Assembly (NCBI RefSeq): GCF_963921235.1
Contig: NC_086097.1
Span: 97,962,001 to 98,026,000, forward strand
Direction of reading: 5' to 3'
Source of the DNA: Mobula hypostoma
Taxonomy: Eukaryota
Length of the DNA stretch: 64,000 nt
In this document: one piece after another, positions 26,201 to 40,447 of the stretch
Numbering within the stretch: position 1 is the stretch's first letter
How the letters are laid out: each line of letters starts with the position of its first letter
Program-made: the position numbers and the translations under genes
Notes under the pieces: model-generated
Databases searched by the model: none
Told to the model about the DNA's origin: nothing
Seen by the model: the letters and a program-made list of their open reading frames with translations, nothing else

Positions 26201-29200
26201 AGTGATTCCGAGGGACACAGGGATTAGTATAGACACATGATGGTCAGAAGGGATTAGTACAGACAGACACGATGATCAGTAGTGATGCCGAGGGTCACAG
26301 GGATTAGTACAGACACACGATGGTCAGTAGTGATGACGAGGGTCACAGGGATTAGTATCGACACACGATGGTCAGCAGTGATACCTAGCGTCACAGGGAT
26401 TAGTATAGACACACGATGGTCAGTAGTGATGCCGAGGGTCACAGGGATTAGTACAGAGACACGATAGTCAGTAGTGATGCCGAGGGTCACAGGGATTAGT
26501 AGAGACACACGATGGTCAGTAGTGATGACGAGGGTCACAGGGATTAGTATCGACACACGATGGTCAGCAGTAATGCCGAGATTCACAGGGATGAGAATAG
26601 ACAGACACGAGGGTCAGTAGTGATGCCGAGGGTCACAGGGATTAGTATAGACACACGACGGTCAGCAGTGATACCTAGCGTCACAGGGATTAGTATAGAC
26701 ACACGATGGTCAGCAGTGATGCCGAGGGTCACAGGGATTAGTATAGACACACGATGGTCAGCAGTGATGCCGAGGGTCACAGGGATTAGTATAGACACAC
26801 GATGGTCAGCAGTGATGCCGAGGGTCACAGGGATTAGTATAGACAGACACGATGGTCAGTAGTGATGTCGAGGGTCACAGGGATTAGTATAGAGACACGA
26901 TGGTCAGCAGTGATACCGAGCGTCACAGGGATGAGGATAGACAGACACGATGGTCAGCAGTGATGCCGAGGGTCACAGGGATTAGTACAGACACACGATG
27001 GTCAGCAGTGATGCCGAGGGTCACAGGGATTAGTACAGAGACACGATAGTCAGCAGTGATGCCGAGGGTCACAGGGATTAGTACAGACACACGATGGTCA
27101 GTAGTGATGCCGAGGGTCACAGGGATTAGTATAGAGACACGATGGTCAGCAGTGATGCTGAGGGTCACAGGGATTAGTACAGACAGACACTATGGTCAGC
27201 AGTGATGCCGAGGGACACAGGGATTAGTACAGACACACGATGGTCAGCAGTGATGCCGAGGGACACAGGGATTAGTATAGACACATGATGGTCAGCAGGG
27301 ATTAGTATAGACAGACACGATGGTCAGTAGTGATGTCGAGGGTCACAGGGATTAGTATAGAAACACGATGGTCAGTGATGCCGAGGGTCACAGGGATTAG
27401 TAGAGACAGACATTGGTCAGCAGGGATGCCGAGGGTCACAGGGATTAAGATAGAGAGACACGATGGTCAGCAGTGAGGCCGAGGGTCACAGGGATTAGTA
27501 CAGACACACGATGGTCAGTAGTGATGCCGAGGGTCACAGGGATTAGTACAGACACACGATGGTCAGCAGTGATGCCGAGGGACACACGGATTAGTACAGA
27601 CACACGATGGTCAGTAGTGATGCCGAGGGACACACGGATTAGTACAGACACACGATGGTCAGCAGTGCTGCCGAGGTCACAGAGATTAGTACAGACACAC
27701 GATGGTCAGCAGTGATGCCGAGGTCACAGAGATTAGTATAGACACACGATGGTCAGCAGGGATTAGTATAGACAGACACGATGGTCAGTTGTGATGCCGA
27801 GGGTCACAGTGATTAGTATAGAAACACGATGGTCAGTGATGCCGAGGGTCACAGGGATTAGTATAGACACACGATGGTCAGCAGTGATGCCGAGGGTCAC
27901 AGGGATTAGTACAGACACACGATAGTCAGTAGTGATGCCGAGGATCACAGGGATGAGGATAGACAGACACGATGGTCAGTAGTGATGCCGAGGGTCACAG
28001 GGATTAGTATAGACACACGATGGTCAGCAGTGAAGCCGAGGGACACAGGGATTAGTATAGACACATGATGGTCAGCAGGGATGAGTGTAGACAGACACGA
28101 TGGTCAGTAGTGATGTCGAGGGTCACAGGGATTAGTATAGAAACACGATGGTCAGTGATGCCGAGAGTCACAGGGATTAGTAGAGACAGACATTGGTCAG
28201 CAGGGATGCCGAGGGTCACAGGGATTAGGATAGAGAGACACGATGGTCAGTAGTGATGCCGAGGGTCACAGGGATTAGTACAGACACACGATGGTCAGCA
28301 GTGATGCCGAGGGACACACGGATTAGTACAGACACACGATGGTCAGCAGTGATGCCGAGGGTCACAGGGATTAGTACAGACACACGATAGTCAGTAGTGA
28401 TGCCGAGGGTCACAGGGATGAGGATAGACAGACACGATGGTCAGCAGTGATGCCGAGGGTCACAGGGATTAGTACAGACACACGATGGTCAGTAGTGATG
28501 CCGAGGGTCACAGGGATGAGGGTAGACAGACACGATAGTCAGTAGTGATGCCGAGGATCACAGGGATGAGAATAGACAGACACGATAGTCAGTAGTGATG
28601 CCGAGGGTCACAGGGATTAGTATAGAGACACGATGGTCAGCAGTGATTCCGAGGGACACAGGGATTAGTATAGACACATGATGGTCAGAAGGGATTAGTA
28701 CAGACAGACACGATGATCAGTAGTGATGCCGAGGGTCACAGGGATTAGTACAGACACACGATGGTCAGTAGTGATGACGAGGGNNNNNNNNNNNNNNNNN
28801 NNNNNNNNNNNNNNNNNNNNNNNNNNNNNNNNNNNNNNNNNNNNNNNNNNNNNNNNNNNNNNNNNNNNNNNNNNNNNNNNNNNNNNNNNNNNNNNNNNNN
28901 NNNNNNNNNNNNNNNNNNNNNNNNNNNNNNNNNNNNNNNNNNNNNNNNNNNNNNNNNNNNNNNNNNNNNNNNNNNNNNNNNNNCGAGAGTCACAGGGATT
29001 AGTACAGACACACGATAGTCAGTAGTGATGCCGAAGGTCACAGGGATGAGGATAGTCAGACACAATAGTCAGCAGTGATGGCGAGAGTCACAGGGATTAG
29101 TACAGACACACGATGGTCAGTAGTGATGCCGAGGGTCACAGGGATTAGAACAGACAGACACTATGGTCAGCAGTGATGCCGAGGGTCACAGGGATTAGTA

Positions 29201-32200
29201 TAGACACACGATGGTCAGTAGTGATGCCGAGGGACACAGGGATTAGTATAGACACATGATGGTCAGCAGGGATTAGTGTAGATAGACACGATGGTCAGTA
29301 GTGATGTCGAGGGTCACAGGGATTAGTATAGACACACGATGGTCAGTGATGCTGAGGGTCACAGGTATTAGTATAGAGACACGATGGTCAGTGATGCCGA
29401 GGGTCACAGGGATTAGTATAGACACACGATGGTCAGTAGTGATGCCGAGGGTCACAGGGATTAGTAGAGACAGACATTGGTCAGCAGGGATGCCCGAGGG
29501 TCACAGGGATTAGGATAGACAGACACGATGGTCAGTAGTGATGCCGAGGGTCACAGGGATTAGTATAGACAGACGATGGTCAGCAGTGATGCCGAGGGTC
29601 ACAGAGATGAGTACAGACACACGATGGTCAGTGATGCCGAGGGACACAGGGATTAGTACAGACACACGATGGTCAGCAGTGATGCCGAGGATCACAGGGA
29701 TTAGTAAAGAGACACGATGGTCAGCAGGGATGCCAAGGGTCACAGGGATTAATACAGACACACAATAGTCAGCAGGGATGCCGAGGGTCACAGGGATTAG
29801 TATGGACACATGATGGTCAGCAGGGATTAGTATAGACAGACACGATGGTCAGTAGTGATGCCGAGGGTCACAGGGATTAGTACAGACACACGATGGTCAG
29901 CAGTGATGCCGAGGGTCACAGGGATTAGTACAGACACACGATGGTCAGCAGTGATGCTGAGGGTCACAGGGATTAGTATAGACAACATGATGGTCAGCAG
30001 GGATTAGTGTGGACAGACACGATAGTCAGTAGTGATGCCGAGGGTCACAGGGATTAGTATAGACACACGATGGTCAGCAGTGATGCTGAGGTCACAGGGA
30101 TTAGTACAGACATACGATGGTCAGTAGTGATGCCGAAGGTCAGAGGGATGAGGATAGACAGACACGATGGTCAGCAGTCATGCCAAGGGTCACAGGGATT
30201 AGTAAAGAGACACAATGGTCAGCAGGGATGCCAAGGGTCACAGGGATTAGTATAGACAGACACGATGGTCAGCAGTGATGCCGAGGTCACAGGGATTAGT
30301 ACAGACACACGATGGTCATTAGTGATGCCAAGGGTCACAGGGATGAGGATAGACACACGATGGTCAGCAGTGATGCCGAGGATCACAGGGATTAGTAAAG
30401 AGACACGATGGTCAGCAGGGATGCCGAGGGTCACAGGGATTAGTATGGACACATGATGGTCAGCAGGGATTAGTATAGACAGACACGATGGTCAGTAGTG
30501 ATGCCGAGGGTCACAGGGATTAGTATAGACACATGATAGTCAGCAGGGATTAGTATAGACACACGATGGTCAGTGATGCCGAGGGTCACAGGGATTAGTA
30601 TAGACACACGATGGTCAGCAGTGATGGCGAGGGTCATAGGGATTAGTATAGACACACGATGGTCAGTGATGCCGAGGGTCATAGGGATTAGTATAGACAC
30701 ACGATGGTCAGCAGTGATGCCGAGGGTCATAGGGATTAGTAGAGACAGACAATGGTCAGCAGGGATGCCGAGGGTCACAGGGATGAGGATACACAGACAC
30801 GATGGTCAGTAGTGATGCCGAGGGTCACAGAGATTAGTATAGACACACGATGGTCAGTAGTGATGCCGAGGGTGACAGGGATTAGTACAGACACACGATA
30901 GTCAGTAGTGATGCCGAAGGTCACAGGGATGAGGATAGACAGACACGATGGTCAGTAGTGATGGCGAGAGTCACAGGGATTAGTACAGACACACACTAGT
31001 CAGCAGTGATGCCGAAGGTCACAGGGATGAGGATAGACAGACACGATGGTCAGTAGTGATGGCGAGAGTCACAGGGATTAGTACAGACACACGATAGTCA
31101 GTAGTGATGCCGAAGGTCACAGGGATGAGGATAGTCAGACACAATAGTCAGCAGTGATGGCGAGAGTCACAGGGATTAGTACAGACACACGATGGTCAGT
31201 AGTGATGCCGAGGGTCACAGGGATTAGAACAGACAGACACTATGGTCAGCAGTGATGCCGAGGGTCACAGGGATTAGTATAGACACACGATGGTCAGTAG
31301 TGATGCCGAGGGACACAGGGATTAGTATAGACACATGATGGTCAGCAGGGATTAGTGTAGATAGACACGATGGTCAGTAGTGATGTCGAGGGTCACAGGG
31401 ATTAGTATAGACACACGATGGTCAGTGATGCTGAGGGTCACAGGTATTAGTATAGAGACACGATGGTCAGTGATGCCGAGGGTCACAGGGATTAGTATAG
31501 ACACACGATGGTCAGTAGTGATGCCGAGGGTCACAGGGATTAGTAGAGACAGACATTGGTCAGCAGGGATGCCCGAGGGTCACAGGGATTAGGATAGACA
31601 GACACGATGGTCAGTAGTGATGCCGAGGGTCACAGGGATTAGTATAGACAGACGATGGTCAGCAGTGATGCCGAGGGTCACAGAGATGAGTACAGACACA
31701 CGATGGTCAGTGATGCCGAGGGACACAGGGATTAGTACAGACACACGATGGTCAGCAGTGATGCCGAGGATCACAGGGATTAGTAAAGAGACACGATGGT
31801 CAGCAGGGATGCCGAGGGTCACAGGGATTAATACAGACACACAATAGTCAGCAGGGATGCCGAGGGTCACAGGGATTAGTATGGACACATGATGGTCAGC
31901 AGGGATTAGTATAGACAGACACGATGGTCAGTAGTGATGCCGAGGGTCACAGGGATTAGTACAGACACACGATGGTCAGCAGTGATGCCGAGGGTCACAG
32001 GGATTAGTACAGACACACGATGGTCAGCAGTGATGCTGAGGGTCACAGGGATTAGTATAGACAACATGATGGTCAGCAGGGATTAGTGTGGACAGACACG
32101 ATAGTCAGTAGTGATGCCGAGGGTCACAGGGATTAGTATAGACACACGATGGTCAGCAGTGATGCTGAGGTCACAGGGATTAGTACAGACATACGATGGT

Positions 32201-35200
32201 CAGTAGTGATGCCGAAGGTCAGAGGGATGAGGATAGACAGTCACGATGGTCAGCAGTCATGCCAAGGGTCACAGGGATTAGTAAAGAGACACAATGGTCA
32301 GCAGGGATGCCAAGGGTCACAGGGATTAGTATAGACAGACACGATGGTCAGCAGTGATGCCGAGGTCACAGGGATTAGTACAGACACACGATGGTCATTA
32401 GTGATGCCAAGGGTCACAGGGATGAGGATAGACACACGATGGTCAGCAGTGATGCCGAGGATCACAGGGATTAGTAAAGAGACACGATGGTCAGCAGGGA
32501 TGCCGAGGGTCACAGGGATTAGTATGGACACATGATGGTCAGCAGGGATTAGTATAGACAGACACGATGGTCAGTAGTGATGCCGAGGGTCACAGGGATT
32601 AGTATAGACACATGATAGTCAGCAGGGATTAGTATAGACACACGATGGTCAGTAGTGATGCCGAGGGTCACAGGGATTAGTATAGACACACGATGGTCAG
32701 TAGTGATGCCGAGGGTCACAGGGATGAGGATAGACACACGATGGTCAGTGATACCTAGCGTCACAGGGATTAGTATAGACACACAATGGTCAGCAGTGAT
32801 GCCGAGGGTCACAGGGATTAGTATAGACACACGATGGTCAGTAGTGATGCCGAGGGTCACAGGGATTAGTATAGACACACGATGGTCAGTAGTGATGCCG
32901 AGGGTCACAGGGATTAGTACAGACACACGATAGTCAGCCGTGATGCCGAGGGTCATAGGGATTAGGATACACAGACACGATGGTCAGTCGTGATGCCGAG
33001 GGTCACAGGGATTAGTACAGACACACGATGGTCATTAGTGATGCCAAGGGTCACGGGGATGAGGATGGACACACGATGGTCAGCAGTGATGCCGAGGGTC
33101 ACAGGGATGAGAATAGACAGACGCGATGGTCAGTAGCGATGCGGAGGGTCATAGGGATTAGTATATACAGACACGATGGTCAGTAGTGATGCCGAGTGTT
33201 ACAGGGATTAGTATACACACACCATGGTCAGCAGGGATGCCGAGGGTCACAGGGATGAGGATAGACACACAATAGTCAGCAGGGATGCCGAGGGTCACAG
33301 GGATTAGTATAGACACATGATGGTCAGCAGGGATTAGTATTGACACACGATGGTCAGTAGTGATGCCGAGGGTCACAGGGATGAGGATAGACAGACACGA
33401 TGGCCAGTCGTGATGCCGAGGTTCACAGGGATTAGTACAGACACACGATGGCCAGTAGTGATGCCGAGGGTCACAGGGATGAGGATAGACAGACACGATT
33501 GTCAGTAGTGATGCCGAGGGTCACAGGGATTAGTACAGATACACGATGGTCAGCAGTGATGCCGAGGGTCACAGGGATTAGTACAGACAGACGATAGTCA
33601 GTAGTGATGCCAAGGGTCACAGGGATGAGGATAGACAGACACGATGGTCAGTCGTGATGCCGAGGGTCACAGGGATTAGTACAGACACACGATGGTCATT
33701 AGTGATGCCAAGGGTCACAGGGATGAGGATGGACACACGATGGTCAGCAGTGATGCCGAGGGTCACAGGGATGAGAATAGACAGACGCGATGGTCAGTAG
33801 CGATGCGGAGGGTCATAGGGATTAGTATATACAGACACGATGGTCAGTAGTGATGCCGAGTGTTACAGGGATTAGTATAGACACACCATGGTCAGCAGGG
33901 ATGCCGAGGGTCACAGGGATGAGGATAGACACACAATAGTCAGCAGGGATGCCGAGGGTCACAGGGATTAGTATAGACACATGATGGTCAGCAGGGATTA
34001 GTATTGACACACGATGGTCAGTAGTGATGCCGAGGGTCACAGGGATGAGGATAGACAGACACGATGGCCAGTCGTGATGCCGAGGTTCACAGGGATTAGT
34101 ACAGACACACGATGGCCAGTAGTGATGCCGAGGGTCACAGGGATGAGGATAGACAGACACGATTGTCAGTAGTGATGCCGAGGGTCACAGGGATTAGTAC
34201 AGATACACGATGGTCAGCAGTGATGCCGAGGGTCACAGGGATTAGTACAGACAGACGATAGTCAGTAGTGATGCCAAGGGTCACAGGGATGAGGATAGAC
34301 AGACACGATGGTCAGCAGTGATGCCGAGGGTCACAGGGATTAGTACAGACACACGATAGTCAGTAGTGATGCCGAGGATCACAGGGATTAGTATAGACAC
34401 ACGATTGCCAGTAGTGATGCCGAGGGTCACAGGGATTAGTATAGACACATGATGGTCAACAGGGATTAGTGTAGACAGACACGATGGTCAGTGATGCCGA
34501 GGGTCACAGGGATTAGTATAGACACATGATGGTCAGCAGGGATTAGTATTGACACACGATGGTCAGTAGTGATGCCGAGGGTCACAGGGATGAGGATAGA
34601 CAGACACGATGGCCAGTCGTGATGCCGAGGTTCACAGGGATTAGTACAGACACACGATGGCCAGTAGTGATGCCGAGGGTCACAGGGATGAGGATAGACA
34701 GACACGATTGTCAGTAGTGATGCCGAGGGTCACAGGGATTAGTACAGATACACGATGGTCAGCAGTGATGCCGAGGGTCACAGGGATTAGTACAGACAGA
34801 CGATAGTCAGTAGTGATGCCAAGGGTCACAGGGATGAGGATAGACAGACACGATGGTCAGTCGTGATGCCGAGGGTCACAGGGATTAGTACAGACACACG
34901 ATGGTCATTAGTGATGCCAAGGGTCACAGGGATGAGGATGGACACACGATGGTCAGCAGTGATGCCGAGGGTCACAGGGATGAGAATAGACAGACGCGAT
35001 GGTCAGTAGCGATGCGGAGGGTCATAGGGATTAGTATATACAGACACGATGGTCAGTAGTGATGCCGAGTGTTACAGGGATTAGTATAGACACACCATGG
35101 TCAGCAGGGATGCCGAGGGTCACAGGGATGAGGATAGACACACAATAGTCAGCAGGGATTCCGAGGGTCACAGGGATTAGTATAGACACATGATGGTCAG

Positions 35201-37211
35201 CAGGGATTAGTATTGACACACGATGGTCAGTAGTGATGCCGAGGGTCACAGGGATGAGGATAGACAGACACGATGGCCAGTCGTGATGCCGAGGTTCACA
35301 GGGATTAGTACAGACACACGATGGCCAGTAGTGATGCCGAGGGTCACAGGGATGAGGATAGACAGACACGATTGTCAGTAGTGATGCCGAGGGTCACAGG
35401 GATTAGTACAGATACACGATGGTCAGCAGTGATGCCGAGGGTCACAGGGATTAGTACAGACAGACGATAGTCAGTAGTGATGCCAAGGGTCACAGGGATG
35501 AGGATAGACAGACACGATGGTCAGCAGTGATGCCGAGGGTCACAGGGATTAGTACAGACACACGATAGTCAGTAGTGATGCCGAGGATCACAGGGATTAG
35601 TATAGACACACGATTGCCAGTAGTGATGCCGAGGGTCACAGGGATTAGTATAGACACATGATGGTCAACAGGGATTAGTGTAGACAGACACGATGGTCAG
35701 TGATGCCGAGGGTCACAGGGATTAGTATAGCGACACGATGGTCAGCAGTGTTGCCGAGGGTCACAGTGATTAGTATAGAGACACGATGGTCAGTGATGCC
35801 GAGGGTCACAGGGATTAGTATAGACACACGATGGTCAGTAGTGATGCCGAGGGTCACAGGGATTAGTACAGACACACGATGGTCTGTAGTGATGCAGAGG
35901 GTCACAGGGATTAGTATCGACACACGATGGTCCGTAGTGATGCAGAGGGTCACAGGGATTAGTATAGACACACGATGGTCAGTAGTGATGCAGAGGGTCA
36001 CAGGGATTAGTATAGACACACGATGGTCAGCAGTGATGCCGAGGGTCATAGGGATTAGGATACACAGACACGATGGTCAGTAGTGATGCCGAGGGTCACA
36101 GGGATTAGTACAGACACACGATGATCATTAGTGATGCCAAGGGTCACAGGGATGAGGATGGACAGACACGATGGTCAGCAGTGATGCCGAGGGTCACAGG
36201 GATTAGTACAGACACACGATAGTCAGTAGTGATGCCGAGGGTCACAGGGATGAGGATAGACAGACATGATGGTCAGTAGTGATGCCGAGGGTCACAGGGA
36301 TTAGTATAGACACACGATGGTCAGTAGTGATGCCGAGGGTCACAGGGATTAGTATAGACACACGATGGTCAGTATTGATGCCGAGGGTCACAGGGATTAG
36401 TGCAGACACACGTTGGTCAGCAGTGATGCCGAGGGTCACAGGGATTAGTATAGACACACGATGGTCAGTAGTGATGCCCAGGGTCACAGGGATGAGGATA
36501 GATAGACACGATGGTCAGCAGTGATGCCGAGGGTCACAGGGATTAGTATAGACACACGATGGTCAGTGATGCCGAGGGCCACAGGGATTAGTATAGACAC
36601 ACGATGGCCAGTAGTGATGCCGAGGGTCACAGGGATTAGTGCAGACACACGTTGGTCAGCAGTGATGCCGAGGGTCACAGGGATTAGTATAGACACACGA
36701 TGGTCAGTAGTGATGCCCAGGGTCACAGGGATGAGGATAGATAGACACGATGGTCAGCAGTGATGCCGAGGGTCACAGGGATTAGTATAGACACACGATG
36801 GTCAATAGTGATGCCGAGGGTCACAGGGATTAGTTTAGACACACCATGGTCAGCAGGGATGCCGAGGGTCACAGGGATTAGTATAGACACACGATGGTCA
36901 ATAGTGATGCCGAGGGTCACAGGGATTAGTTTAGACACACCATGGTCAGCAGGGATGCCGAGGGTCACAGGGATTAGTACAGACACACGATGGTCAGCAG
37001 TGATGCCGAGGGTCACAGGGATTAGTATAGACACACGATGGTCAGCAGTGATGCCGAGGGTCACAGGGATTAGTACAGACTGATGATGGTCAGTAGTGAT
37101 GCCGAGGGTCACAGGGATTCATACAGACAGACGATGGTCAGCAGTGATGCTGAGGGTCACAGGGATTCATACAGACAGACACGGTAGTTAGCACTGATGC
37201 TGAGGACCATA
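17281..37211. repeat. ~20-kb 48-bp minisatellite in RPUSD2 intron 3
   Basis: Consensus GGGATTAGTAYAGACACACGATGGTCAGYAGTGATGCCGAGGGTCACA; 45-, 50- and ~30-bp variants; roughly 400+ units estimated from length. Confidence 0.99.
28784..28983. other. Assembly gap (200 N)
   Basis: Run of N inside the array; true array length is unknown. Confidence 1.
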
Positions 37212-37511
37212 GCAGGGTCTGTGTCTATGGTTTTTAAATTCTCTCAGACTCCAAGAGCGGGAGAACCTGGACCGAGAAATGGGCTTGGTTTCCATTCCAA
37301 AGGCCTGAACACACATTGTTGTACTAAGGGAATTGAAACTGTGACTGTGTGATAAGGTATTTCACTCATCGAGATGCCAGGGCTGTGAAAGACACTGGCT
37401 GAACATGATGTTACTGGTTCCTGTATAATCTAGTACAGTATGGTATAATCCCAGTCTCGCGGCCGAAAGTGAGATTCATCCTGAACCAAGCCTGCCCTCG
37501 TATGCACGTAC

Positions 37512-37808
37512 CTGTCTCTCTCGGACCTGTCGATCCATTTTCTTGGAGACCTCCAATTTCCGGGCAAACATGAGGACTCCGGATGTGAGCCGGTCCAGCC
37601 GGTGAATGGTGTGAAGCTCGGTCAGATTGTACTCCTTGCCCAGGATGAAGATAACCGTATTGTGTCGGAATCGGCCACAGGGGTGGACGGGGATCGAAGC
37701 CGGCTTATCCACCACAACCAGGTCATCATTCTGGCTCAGAATCACGATCGGCTGGGCAGTGACTGGCGGCTCATGCCTGTGCACCGTATTCCGCATGAAG
37801 TCGTTGTC
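37512..37808 (-). CDS. RPUSD2: RPUSD2 exon 3 (catalytic motif)
   Basis: TTGCAG|DNDFMRNTVHRHEPPV..VDKPASIPVHP..HRLDRLTSG..RERQ|GTACGT; 297 bp, phase 0/0; catalytic Asp in HRLD. Confidence 0.97.
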
Positions 37809-38129
37809 CTGCAAGAAGGCAAAGAGCGTGGTTTAATGTAATCAAGCAAACGTCAACCGCACTGCTCCCCGCCAAGGTCCAGGATCACAAGCAGCAAATG
37901 GGCTGTCTATAAGGGTGTCTTCTGGGTCCCCGGGTGGAAAATGTTGTACAGAGTAGTGCCAAACAAGTCTTTAAAGTAGTTCACGGACTCCCAGGCTGTT
38001 TGTCATTTCTATGGTCTGGAAGAGTCTGCATTCCAGCTATATATTCAATGAGAGGTTAGAGCCCTCTTTCAGCATTTGAAGGGGCTGCTCCTCGCATTCT
38101 GATTTCACTTTAGCCCACTCTTTGATCTT

Positions 38130-39110
38130 CAGGCACCCAGTGGGGGTAGTTGGGACTGAAGCGCATCTTGTATGCAAATAAACTAGCCCAGAAAGTCACA
38201 TAAGATCCACAGCGAGTTGGTCAGTTAAACCCAAAACTGGCTCAAAGAGAGACAGCAGCGATGGAGAGGTGTTTCTCTGTTTGGAGGACTGTGACTAATG
38301 GTGTTCTGCAATTATCAGTGCTGTGACCTCACACTGGTAATAGATAGTAATGATACAGATTAAAATGTCAGTCGTCCGGTTAGAAGGCAGAAGTCAAAGC
38401 TGAGTTCAGTGTTTGTAGATGACGTGAAAATTGTGGAACTGTGGATAGTGAGGCAGGTTGTCAAAGGATATAGATCAGCTGGAAATTTGAGTGGAAAAAT
38501 TCAGTCAAGTGTGAGGTGATAGATTATGGGAGGTCATGCAAGAGGACGGCATACCGTAAACAGCAGCGCCCGGGGGAGTATGATATACAGAGAGAGCTTG
38601 GGGTGCAAGTTCCTAGCTCCCCTGAAGTAGATGGTGAAAAGGTGGTGTGGGGCATTCTTCCCTTCATCAGTAGGGGCATTGAGCTGAGATTGCCCGGGTG
38701 AATTTACATTGATTTCTCTGGAGTTTCAGAGGCTGAGGAGCAGTCTGATATAAGTTCCTAAAATTATGAGAGGCGTAGATATGGTAGGCAGGACACCCCC
38801 CGCGCCCCCCCCCATGGATAGATGTCACCTACTAGAGGCCATAACTTTTGAATGGGAGGGGTGAAGTTTAAAGGAGATGTATGGAGTAGAACTGATTTTT
38901 AAGAAGAAGAGTGTCAGGTGTCTCAAAAGTGCTGCCAAGGAGGTGGTGACAGGAAGTGGAGAGCAATTTAGACAGATGTGAACATATTGGGAGCAGAGGG
39001 ATAGCGACCATGTACATGCAGATGGAGTTAGTTAGATTACCCTCATGGTCAGCACAGATGTGGCTGGGGGGGGGGGGGCAAAAGACATGTTAGTGTGCAT
39101 ACGGTTCTGA
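38130..39110 (+). mobile_element. Highly degraded CR1 RT/3' fragment
   Basis: Remnants FVDDVKI, RELGVQV, GILPFISRGIE, YKFLKIMRGVD and a CR1-like 3' tail at 39000-39110. Confidence 0.7.
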
Positions 39111-40447
39111 GTTCCAAACCTTCTTCAAAAACAAAGAAATAAAAAAAAGATGGCAGTGGGTAGGACTGGGTTGATGATGGCAGATTCAGGCAGGGACCCA
39201 CACACCATTCACAAACATACAACGAACACGGTGTGTGGGTTCCTGCCTGAATCTATCACAGTGAGTTCCTCACCAGCCCAGTCGTGCCCACTACCTTTCT
39301 GGTATCCTCGGCTGGCATTCACATCCGGTGCCCTGGAGAGACTGTGATCCGTGCAGAGCACCAATCACTCACAGCCCAGGTCGACTCCCACCTGAGGATT
39401 ACAGGGCAGGGAAGCCTTCACCCAGCGACAGAGAGAAACAAAATGGGCCCGAGAGAACCATCAGACATCGCTCACTACAGCTGTATGATTATCTCGCAGT
39501 ACTTAACATACGTTTCCATTAAGGTGACATTCACTCGGACACAGCAGCCCCTCTGGTGCAATTGCTCATCCTTGGGTGTTTTTCACCATCCAAGACACTG
39601 CTGGATACCAAGTACTACCAGACAGTGGTAACGCAGAACACTGCACGTCTGATTCACCGGTTCATTGGCAAGACCAACAGCAGGGGGTAGCATTGAGTGG
39701 ATGAGGTCCTCATCAGGGTTGCCTGTTGCGGCCGCTGTGGAAGGGCTCGCTGGAGCAGGCTGTGGGCCACTGGATTCCGTGCTGGCTACTCCTCCCGCTG
39801 GTGCTGCCCTCCAGTGTTCACTCGTGGAAAACAAGCTGGATGATGTTCGTCTGTGGCTGCAGATGCGTGTTGAACGGCTGTGGGCTCGCAAAGAAGTGAC
39901 TCTATGCACCATCAATCTGCAGGCCATGACACTCAGAGACTTGGGCTGTTTTACCAATTATATATTATTATTTTTTGTAATTGTATATTTTTCTTCTGTC
40001 ATAATGATACGTGCTTTGTCCTGTGTGTAACTATTAGCACTGTGTTTTGCACGTTGCTTGGAGGAACGCTGCTTTGTTTGGCTGTAGTCAGGTTCATGGT
40101 CGTATGACAACTAAACTTGAACATCTGGATGACTTGCGCTCAAGGAAGCAAGTCCCCCGCCAACAGGGGAAGTTACAGACATGTCCCTCGCCGACAGGGG
40201 GAAGGGACGGGCACGTCCCCCACCGACAAGGTATAGGCACATCCATCACTAACAAATTCACATGAACCACTGCCAATAAATACCAAACTCCCAACACAAC
40301 ACCCAGAATAATAGCACTCCTATCCCTCGTAGATCCAGACACACACCTGGGAACACAGTCTCGCACGACTGCTGTAAAGTATAAAGCATTTCCTGTTGAC
40401 CTGACCAGCCACTGAGAGGTGGGCGTGAACCCCCGACATTGTCGTAC

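Noticed and set aside
17268..37112. Dozens of repetitive ORFs (up to 314 aa; ITTDHRVSILIPVTLG / MPRVTGISIDTRWSVV)
   Set aside because: By-product of a 48-bp (16-codon) unit open on both strands; frames are broken by 50- and 47-bp units, and no splice signals support exons.
17281..37211. CRISPR-like array or variable cassette system
   Set aside because: Units are contiguous with no unique spacers, there are no cas genes, and the context is a vertebrate intron.
17281..37211. G-quadruplex or nuclear-receptor (RGGTCA) element array
   Set aside because: GGG pairs are separated by loops of about 37 nt, and the half-sites are 13 nt apart with one imperfect; no support beyond chance.
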